Below are positions 17,469 to 24,411 of a DNA stretch of 32,000 nucleotides, in pieces (position 1 is the first letter of the stretch; every line of letters begins with the position of its first letter). The translations under genes were made by a program, and so were the position numbers. Location: the NCBI GenBank assembly GCA_030604855.1, contig JAUVVC010000004.1:60001-92000 (forward strand). Reading direction: 5' to 3'. Below the pieces are notes generated by a model, which searched no databases, was not told the origin of the DNA, and saw only the letters and a list, made by a program, of their open reading frames with translations. The stretch is from Erysipelotrichaceae bacterium. GTDB lineage: Bacteria; Bacillota_I; Bacilli_A; Erysipelotrichales; Erysipelotrichaceae.

Positions 17469-18227
17469 CTACTTCTTGAACCTCAAGACAACCTCAACGT
17501 ATTCCTCTTCATTATGTTCCTGAACATCCACATGCACACCTGTTTTTTGAATCATCTTCACAGCCGCATGAATCGTATTCAATGCGACACGCAGATTCCG
17601 TGTGATGCCTCGGGTTTTATTTTTCTCAACTTTAGGCTCTTTATGATTTTGAACGAGCGCTTCTGTCTGTTTGACGTTTAAATTCTGTTCCACAACTTTC
17701 GTAAAGACATGGGCTTGACGATTCGGATCCATACCCAACAAGGCACGCGCATGACGTTCTGTGATCACATGGTTGCTTACCGCATCCTGAATATTGGCAG
17801 GAAGCTGTAATAAACGGATCTTATTGGCGATACTGGATTGCGATTTGCCCATCTTCGCCGCAATCTTTTCTTGCGTCAAGGCATGGGATTCTATCATGGC
17901 TTTAAAGGCTTTCGCTTCTTCGATGGCCGAAAGGTCTTCGCGTTGAATGTTTTCAACCAAAGCCATTTCAGCCATTTGACTGTCATTGACTTCCAACACA
18001 AAACTTGGAATGGACGGTGCTTGAATCAAACTCATCGCACGATAGCGACGTTCACCCGCAATGATTTCAAAACGATCGCCGTTACGACGAACTGAAATGG
18101 GTTGGATCAGACCATTCTCTTGAATGGATAAGGCAAGCTCACGTAACGCATTCTCATCAAAATGCAAACGGGGTTGAAAACGATTCGAATCAATCAAATG
18201 CAAAGGTATATCACGTGTTTCTTTCAT
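17469..18227 (-). CDS. noc: ParB-family paralogue in the Noc position (nucleoid occlusion protein-like)
   Basis: 252 aa with [17 protein letters not shown], and the HTH region [23 protein letters not shown]. It lies between rsmG and parA, as noc does in Bacillus. Confidence 0.7.
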   Translation of the reverse strand: MKETRDIPLHLIDSNRFQPRLHFDENALRELALSIQENGLIQPISVRRNGDRFEIIAGERRYRAMSLIQAPSIPSFVLEVNDSQMAEMALVENIQREDLSAIEEAKAFKAMIESHALTQEKIAAKMGKSQSSIANKIRLLQLPANIQDAVSNHVITERHARALLGMDPNRQAHVFTKVVEQNLNVKQTEALVQNHKEPKVEKNKTRGITRNLRVALNTIHAAVKMIQKTGVHVDVQEHNEEEYVEVVLRFKK

Positions 18228-18228
18228 A

Positions 18229-18933
18229 CTATAGGGCTTTCTTTTTAATCTGGGCGTAGCTTCTAGGGTATTTGGAAGCCGTGGTGTTCAATTTCGTAAA
18301 GACACAATTCTTGCGTAAACCAGCACTCGGCAAATGGACATCAAAGATCTGACCTCCATCACAACTTAAAAGTTTTAAGGCTTGTTTGGCTTCTAAGACT
18401 TCTTCATCCGCACCGGGACCCTTCATCGCAATCATCTTTCCCTTCACTTTAAGTAAAGGAATCGACAACTCCAAGAGGACACTCAACTTCGCTACCGCTC
18501 TGGATGTGCTCACATCGTAATGTTCACGACGTTGGACATCTTCTGCGCGCTCATTCAAGACCGATACATTCTCAAGCTTTAATAAGCTCACCATCTCCTT
18601 GAGAAAGCCACAACGTTTCAGTGTGGGCTCGATCAAATCAAAGTGACAATCCGGCCGAACGATCGCTAGACACAAACCAGGAAACCCAGCGCCACTGCCG
18701 ATATCCGCAACCAAAGACCCTTTAGGAATCAAAGGATCGATGGCCAAACAATCCCAGAAATGTTTCTCCCGAATCGGGTTGGGCTCATCGATGGCCGTCA
18801 GATTCATGTGTTGGTTCACTTCGATGAGTTTCTGTGCGTAGACTTCAAAAGCTTCCGCATAGCTTTGTGTTTTGTCGCCATAGCGCTCTAAAAGAAGTCG
18901 ATCGAATTCTGCTTTTGATAGTCCAATTTCCAT
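18229..18933 (-). CDS. rsmG: 16S rRNA (guanine527-N7)-methyltransferase
   Basis: 234 aa with the SAM motif VADIGSGAGFPGL, immediately downstream of mnmG. Confidence 0.9.
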   Translation of the reverse strand: MEIGLSKAEFDRLLLERYGDKTQSYAEAFEVYAQKLIEVNQHMNLTAIDEPNPIREKHFWDCLAIDPLIPKGSLVADIGSGAGFPGLCLAIVRPDCHFDLIEPTLKRCGFLKEMVSLLKLENVSVLNERAEDVQRREHYDVSTSRAVAKLSVLLELSIPLLKVKGKMIAMKGPGADEEVLEAKQALKLLSCDGGQIFDVHLPSAGLRKNCVFTKLNTTASKYPRSYAQIKKKAL

Positions 18934-18961
18934 GAAAGCATTATACCAAATAAACGCTGGC

Positions 18962-20833
18962 TTAAGAAGACGACTCGTCCGTCTTTTTGGTTTTATTCAA
19001 GTGGGTCTTCAAGACCACGAGATCTGCAGGGTTGACACCCGAGATACGAGACGCCTGACCTAAGGTCAAAGGTTTGATCTTCGTCATGCGTTGTTTGCCT
19101 TCGATGGAGAGATGTGGAATCGTATTGAAATCCAGATCTATCGGAATGCGGACATTCTCAAAGGATGCGATGCGTTCCACTTCTTTCAAGGCTTTTTGAA
19201 TGTATCCTTCATATTTGATTTCAATCTCCGCAATGTTCAATGCATCAATATGATATGTAGTGAAATCAAAGTAAGTTGATAAATCATGAATGGATATTCG
19301 TGGTCTTTTAACAAGATCATAACCCGACAAGCCTTCATTGAACTGTGGATAACCTTTTTCTTCTAAGAACGGTAGAATTCCATCCTTCAAGGTAAAACGT
19401 CTTTCCTTCAACAGGGTAATAATTGAATCAATATCTGCTCTGAGTTTCAAGACCTTTTGGTAACGTTCTTCCTTTAACAAACCCACATCATGTCCATAAT
19501 GACTCAAACGCAGTTCCGCATTGTCATGTCTCAGCAATAAACGATGTTCAGCACGCGAGGTCAATAGACGATACGGTTCCACGACACCCTTCGTGACCAA
19601 ATCATCAATCATGACGCCGATATAAGCCTCATCACGCTTCAAAATCAAGGGTTCTTTACCCATGAGTTTTAAGGAGGCATTGATGCCCGCCATCAAACCT
19701 TGTCCAGCTGCCTCTTCATAACCGCTGGTCCCATTGATCTGACCCGCACTGAACAAACCTTCGATATTCTTCACTTCCAAACTTGGATAAAGTTGAGTTG
19801 GATCAATCGCATCGTATTCAATCGCATAGGCATATTTATCAATGACACAGTTCTCAAAGCCTGGTAAGGATCGAATCATCTCATCTTGTACATCGTGCGG
19901 CATGGATGTGGAAAAGCCTTGGACATAGGTCGTATCCAAGTGTTTGGATTCAGGTTCTAAAAAGATCTGGTGACGTTCTTTATCACTGAAACGAACCAGT
20001 TTATCTTCAATGGATGGACAATAACGTGGCCCAACCCCTTCAACCAAGCCGGAATACATCGCAGACTTATTAAGATTCAACTTAATCACATCGTGTGTTT
20101 CAGGTTGGGTATAAATGAGGTAACACGGAACTTGTTCCGTAGGATAATCTTCTGGCTGAGTATCTAGTGAGAAATGGATGAACGCTTCATCTCCAGGCTG
20201 AATCAAACCATGACTAAAATCGATGCTGTTTGTTTTGATGCGTGGCGGTGTTCCTGTTTTTAGTCTAAAGGTCTTCAAACCCAAGTCACGCAGGGATGCG
20301 GAAAGTTTATTGGTGGTACGTTGATCTTCAGGTCCACTGGGTGTAGCAGTGGATCCAACCAAAATCTTGGAACTCATGTAGGTTCCACTAGTCAGAATGA
20401 TCGCATCCGCTTCCAACAAGCCTTGGTTCTCCAAAATCACGCCGACTACCTTATTATTTTCAACAACGATGGATTCCACCATCGCTTCCAATACACTTAG
20501 GTTTTCGGTATCGTGGACCACATCATGCATCATCTTGGAATATTCTATTTTATCAGACTGCACACGCAAACACTGAACGCCCGGTCCCTTTGTACTGTTT
20601 AATAATTTGAATTGCAACGCAGTCTTGTCAGCTGTGATGCCCATTTGCCCACCTAACGCATCAATCTCACGGACAACGATGCCCTTAGCCGGTCCTCCGA
20701 TGGAAGGATTACATGGCATGATGGCGATACGACTTGCGTCCATGGTGATTAATACGGTTGGAATGCCCATTCGAGCACTGGCCAATGCGGCTTCGACACC
20801 GGCATGTCCTGCACCGATTACGAGTATCTTCAT
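18962..20833 (-). CDS. mnmG: tRNA uridine-5-carboxymethylaminomethyl modification enzyme (FAD-dependent)
   Basis: 623 aa with the FAD-binding N-terminus MKILVIGAGHAGVEAA and GPRYCPSIEDK. Confidence 0.95.
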   Translation of the reverse strand: MKILVIGAGHAGVEAALASARMGIPTVLITMDASRIAIMPCNPSIGGPAKGIVVREIDALGGQMGITADKTALQFKLLNSTKGPGVQCLRVQSDKIEYSKMMHDVVHDTENLSVLEAMVESIVVENNKVVGVILENQGLLEADAIILTSGTYMSSKILVGSTATPSGPEDQRTTNKLSASLRDLGLKTFRLKTGTPPRIKTNSIDFSHGLIQPGDEAFIHFSLDTQPEDYPTEQVPCYLIYTQPETHDVIKLNLNKSAMYSGLVEGVGPRYCPSIEDKLVRFSDKERHQIFLEPESKHLDTTYVQGFSTSMPHDVQDEMIRSLPGFENCVIDKYAYAIEYDAIDPTQLYPSLEVKNIEGLFSAGQINGTSGYEEAAGQGLMAGINASLKLMGKEPLILKRDEAYIGVMIDDLVTKGVVEPYRLLTSRAEHRLLLRHDNAELRLSHYGHDVGLLKEERYQKVLKLRADIDSIITLLKERRFTLKDGILPFLEEKGYPQFNEGLSGYDLVKRPRISIHDLSTYFDFTTYHIDALNIAEIEIKYEGYIQKALKEVERIASFENVRIPIDLDFNTIPHLSIEGKQRMTKIKPLTLGQASRISGVNPADLVVLKTHLNKTKKTDESSS

Positions 20834-20936
20834 ATTGTCACCTTTTGCTTATTAATTCTAACACAATCGTCAAGATGCTTTATGACTGACACACTTCAAT
20901 GAAAAGTGCTATCCTTAAAGTTAGAGGAAATACACA

Positions 20937-21809
20937 ATGCTCGATACTAAACTCATGTCCGTAGTCGAACGGATGCAAAAAAATGAAATAACTGGCTTTA
21001 AAGCCTACACAATGTTAGCCAAGAAGGCTAAAGATGAACATAACCGAAAAGTTCTTTTACGAATGGCTGGCGAAGAGAAGAAGCACTATGAGACATGGAA
21101 GAAGTATACCCAAAAAGATATCAAACCGAATTCTTTTGTGCTCTTTATCTATACAATCTTTAATACCGTATTCGGTTTCACCTTCACCTTGAAGTTCATG
21201 GAGAAGCTGGAAGATGCGGATGCGGCGAATTATGAACAGTACATCAAAGATCTGCCTGAAGCGCAACGAATCTCTGAAGAAGAAGAGGAACATGAAAAAG
21301 AACTCATCGAAATGTTGGATGAGGATCGTTTGAAGTATGTTGGATCCATGGTTCTTGGTTTGAATGACGCCTTGGTTGAGTTGACAGGAACATTAGCGGG
21401 TTTAAGTTTAGCTCTACAGAACACCAAACTCATTGCTTTATCTGGACTGGTCACAGGGATTTCCGCAACCCTTTCCATGATGAGCAGTGAGTATCTCTCT
21501 TCACGCAGTGAAGGGGCTGAACATCCATTCAAAGCAGCTGGATATACGGGAATCATGTACATCGCAGCGGTTGTCATGTTGGTTCTACCGTATCTCATCT
21601 TGGATTCTGAACACTACTTATGGGCCTTAGGTGCCATGCTTATCATTGTTATCTTGATTATCTTAGTCTTTACTTATTATGTTTCTGTTGCGCAGGACTT
21701 GCCTTTCAAGAAACGTTTCTTGGAGATGGCAACCATCTCAATTGGGGTAGCGGTCATTGCCTTCGTTATTGGGTTGATCGTCAAGAATGTCTTGGGGATT
21801 GAAGTCTAA
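20937..21809 (+). CDS. Ferritin-like domain / VIT1-CCC1 family iron-manganese transporter fusion
   Basis: 290 aa. The N-terminal ferritin-like region is MLAKKAKDEHNRKVLLRMAGEEKKHYETW...EEEEEHEKEL. The C-terminal VIT1 membrane domain has GLNDALVELTGTLAG and three or more TM segments. Confidence 0.8.
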   Translation: MLDTKLMSVVERMQKNEITGFKAYTMLAKKAKDEHNRKVLLRMAGEEKKHYETWKKYTQKDIKPNSFVLFIYTIFNTVFGFTFTLKFMEKLEDADAANYEQYIKDLPEAQRISEEEEEHEKELIEMLDEDRLKYVGSMVLGLNDALVELTGTLAGLSLALQNTKLIALSGLVTGISATLSMMSSEYLSSRSEGAEHPFKAAGYTGIMYIAAVVMLVLPYLILDSEHYLWALGAMLIIVILIILVFTYYVSVAQDLPFKKRFLEMATISIGVAVIAFVIGLIVKNVLGIEV

Positions 21810-21811
21810 AC

Positions 21812-21840
21812 AAAACGCTCATTGACTTGAGCGTTTTTTT
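21812..21840. terminator. Bidirectional rho-independent terminator between the convergent VIT and GNAT genes
   Basis: AACGCTCA-ttgact-TGAGCGTT, followed by TTTTTTT on the plus strand and TTTTGTTT on the minus strand. Confidence 0.75.
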
Positions 21841-21894
21841 AACGATATATAGAGTTCCGTCTTGCGTACAAGACAAAAACCAATGCATTTCGTC

Positions 21895-22389
21895 TTATGC
21901 GTAAGACAATCCATCCACCTTTTGATATGCCAAACGGGGTGTCCCATCCCCTACAATGATGATTCCGCAATAAACAAAGCCATTCTTTTCAATCAAGTGA
22001 CGCATTGGCGTATTGTCTTGATGGGTGTCGATGCGAAGGTTGGGACGAATGGACCATGAAAAATCAATGATCAATTTGAAGAGACCTTTTTGCGTACCCC
22101 TACTGGCGATGCGATGAAGGGTCGCATAAGGCTCATCATTCAACCATTTCCCATCAATCACCAGATAAGTTGGATCCTCACCCAGAATCAAAGTAAAAAC
22201 AGCTTGAATCGCTTCATCCTCAATAACATATAAAACCTTTTGCTCAATGTCATTATGTATGATTTCTTCACTGGGATAGCCATTTCCCCACTGTGTGAAG
22301 TTTCCTGTTGAACGCATGAATTGACGTGCATCCTCATAAATTTGTTCAATTGATTCCAAATCATTCTTGTTTGCGAGACGAATCTTCAT
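21895..22389 (-). CDS. GNAT family N-acetyltransferase
   Basis: 164 aa with the GNAT size and layout and an acetyl-CoA-loop-like segment RIASRGTQKGLFKLI. An extended -10 TGTTATAAT and a GAGG RBS lie upstream. Confidence 0.75.
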   Translation of the reverse strand: MKIRLANKNDLESIEQIYEDARQFMRSTGNFTQWGNGYPSEEIIHNDIEQKVLYVIEDEAIQAVFTLILGEDPTYLVIDGKWLNDEPYATLHRIASRGTQKGLFKLIIDFSWSIRPNLRIDTHQDNTPMRHLIEKNGFVYCGIIIVGDGTPRLAYQKVDGLSYA

Positions 22390-22434
22390 TAAGTAACCTC
22401 ATTTTTCACCATTATAACATTCGAATAAATATAC

Positions 22435-22474
22435 TTGCATTCTGTTTATCACTGTACTATATTTATAGTACAGT
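22435..22474 (+). promoter_or_regulatory. Promoter of the GntR-kinase-ABC operon with an overlapping 24-bp perfect palindromic operator
   Basis: TTGCAT (22435-22440), 17 nt, then TATATT (22458-22463). The palindrome ACTGTACTATA-tt-TATAGTACAGT (22451-22474) has 11-bp perfect arms and is followed by an extra AGTACA half-site. Confidence 0.65.
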
Positions 22475-22493
22475 AGTACACAGGAGGGCTCAC

Positions 22494-22859
22494 ATGATCA
22501 GTTTAAGCTCATTAAGCCGTACACCCATCTATCAACAAATCATTGATCAGATTTTGGCACAGATCGCATGTGGTGCGTTTCAAGCCGATGAACAATTACC
22601 CGGGGTACGAAATCTCGCCCAAGATTTAGGCATCAATCCCAATACCGTCGTTAAAGCCTATGCGGAACTTGAGAACAGTGGATACATCTACAGTCTTCAA
22701 GGCAAGGGTTCTTTCGTTAAGAAACGTGAGGATGATAACAATCATCTTATAACCATCAAACTTGAAGAAGTGAAAAAGGATTTGCAACTGTTGATGCAAT
22801 TGGGTTTACCCATTGATCGAGTCAACAGCTTGGTTCAGGAGGTCTATGGTAATTTATGA
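22494..22859 (+). CDS. GntR family transcriptional regulator, YtrA-like subfamily (short C-terminus)
   Basis: 121 aa from MISLSSL (AGGAGG RBS). Winged helix: PIYQQIIDQI...LPGVRNLAQDLGINPNTVVKAYAELENSGYIYSLQGKGSFV. Only about 50 aa follow the DNA-binding domain. Confidence 0.85.
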   Translation: MISLSSLSRTPIYQQIIDQILAQIACGAFQADEQLPGVRNLAQDLGINPNTVVKAYAELENSGYIYSLQGKGSFVKKREDDNNHLITIKLEEVKKDLQLLMQLGLPIDRVNSLVQEVYGNL

Positions 22860-23524
22860 ACAATTCTTTACCCATCTTAGCCCATGAGCTAAAGACTCCT
22901 ATCGCCACCATCCAAGCCATGATTGAAGTCCTCAATGCACAAGAACATAAATCCATTGAAGAATACGAATACACCATGTTGCAGATCCATAAACACATGC
23001 AACGCATGCAGGACATCATTGAGTTGATCTTGAACGCTCGTGCAAGTTTCAATGAAGATGATGAGATTGATGTGGATGAGATTTTAGGGGATGTCCTGCA
23101 GGATGTCCAAGCTAAAGCCGATGCAAAGAAGATTTCAGTCCAAGTACTGAACACTCTACAGCCTGACTTAAACATCAAAGGCTATCCCATCTTGTTCTAT
23201 CGAGCCTTGTATAATCTGCTTGAGAATGCGATCAAGTACAGTAGTGATCGATCAAAGATTGAAATCGAAGTCAATCAAGACAAATGTCTAAGTATAAACA
23301 TCAAAGACCAAGGCATCGGCATCGATCCCAAAGAACTCTCCAACATCTTCAAACCATTCTACCGCTGCGCAAACGAAGGCATTGAAGGCTCTGGTTTAGG
23401 ACTCTATTTAGTCAAGATGGTGGTCGAGATGCACAATGGTTCAATCGACATTAATAGCACCCCAAAACTGGGAACACACATTCACTTGTGCTTCCCACTT
23501 CAATCCCACAAGGAGGCCTCATGA
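22856..23524 (+). CDS. Soluble histidine-kinase catalytic core (HisKA + HATPase_c) with no input or TM domain
   Basis: 222 aa. H-box LAHELKTPIATI at residues 8-19, N-box NLLENAIKYS, G1 IKDQGIGI, F-box FKPFYR, G2 GSGLGLYLV. No hydrophobic segments. ATGA overlaps at both ends. Confidence 0.8.
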   Translation: MNNSLPILAHELKTPIATIQAMIEVLNAQEHKSIEEYEYTMLQIHKHMQRMQDIIELILNARASFNEDDEIDVDEILGDVLQDVQAKADAKKISVQVLNTLQPDLNIKGYPILFYRALYNLLENAIKYSSDRSKIEIEVNQDKCLSINIKDQGIGIDPKELSNIFKPFYRCANEGIEGSGLGLYLVKMVVEMHNGSIDINSTPKLGTHIHLCFPLQSHKEAS

Positions 23525-24411
23525 TATCACTACAAAACATACACAAACGCTTTGACACCAACATCGTCTTAGAGAAGGTGAATTGGGATATCCCCAAAGC
23601 TTCCATCTATGGCCTGGTTGGACCCAATGGGGCAGGTAAGAGTACTTTACTCAGAATCATTGCGGGCGTTCTAAAACCAGATGAAGGAAATGTGACTGTC
23701 AATGGTGTGGACACCTTTGATAATCCGTCCATCAAGAAACACATCTTGTTCGTATCTGATGATCCTTTTTTCCTCCCTCAAGCCAATATCAAAGAAATGC
23801 GTCAATTCTATGAACTCTTTTATCCAAGTTTCAACGATGCGATGTATCATACTTTATTGAAGAAATTCAATTTGGATGAAAATGCTCGTATCAACGATTT
23901 CTCCAAAGGGATGAAACGTCAGGTCAGCTTGATTCTTGCTTTATCCTGCACACCCGATCTACTCCTTCTGGATGAAGCCTTTGATGGTTTGGATCCGGTC
24001 ATGCGCTTAAGTTTGAAACGCATCATTGCGAACGAACTCTTGAATCGTGAAATGACCGTCATCATCTCTTCCCATAACTTAAGGGAATTGGAAGATATCT
24101 GTGATCGCATCGCCATGCTCAATCAACACCACATTTCAATTCAGGATGAAGTGGAAAGCATTCGTAATCAATATCACAAACTTCAATTGGCTTATACAGA
24201 GAAAATTGATTCATCGCTTCTGACTGATTTGAATCCTTTATACTTTGAACAGCGTGGTAATGTTTATCTTATGGTCATCAAAGGATCGATGGAAGACGTT
24301 CTCCCTAAAATTCAAGCAACACAACCCATCTTGAATGAGGAAATCCCAATCACGATGGAAGAAGTATTCGTCTATGAAATGGAGGCAAATGGTTATGGCC
24401 AATCAATTTAG
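23521..24411 (+). CDS. ABC transporter ATP-binding protein (ABC-2/DrrA-like, with a C-terminal accessory domain)
   Basis: 296 aa from MISLQNI (AAGGAGG RBS). Walker A GPNGAGKST, signature FSKGMKRQ, Walker B LLLLDEAFDGLD, H-loop SSHNL, plus about 85 aa of C-terminal extension. Confidence 0.9.
   Translation: MISLQNIHKRFDTNIVLEKVNWDIPKASIYGLVGPNGAGKSTLLRIIAGVLKPDEGNVTVNGVDTFDNPSIKKHILFVSDDPFFLPQANIKEMRQFYELFYPSFNDAMYHTLLKKFNLDENARINDFSKGMKRQVSLILALSCTPDLLLLDEAFDGLDPVMRLSLKRIIANELLNREMTVIISSHNLRELEDICDRIAMLNQHHISIQDEVESIRNQYHKLQLAYTEKIDSSLLTDLNPLYFEQRGNVYLMVIKGSMEDVLPKIQATQPILNEEIPITMEEVFVYEMEANGYGQSI

Noticed and set aside
19344-19352. Perfect DnaA-box 9-mer TGTGGATAA (TTATCCACA) inside mnmG.
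   Set aside because: It is a single isolated box inside a coding region, and one occurrence in 32 kb is compatible with chance. There is no cluster, no AT-rich unwinding element and no adjacent dnaA, so it is not evidence for oriC.
20834-20936. Possible metal riboswitch (yybP-ykoY type) upstream of the VIT1-family transporter gene.
   Set aside because: The spacer is only about 100 nt and is shared with the divergent mnmG promoter (TGTTAGAAT extended -10 on the minus strand). I could not see the conserved GGGGAGUAG-type elements or a terminator.
22326-22493. N-terminal extensions proposed by the track for the GntR gene, and likewise for 23488, 24335, 11589, 12079, 14612, 10532, 11450, 29238, 5836 and 7206.
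   Set aside because: The extensions run through promoters, operators, terminators or upstream coding sequence. Internal starts with good RBS spacing reproduce the N-termini expected for each family.
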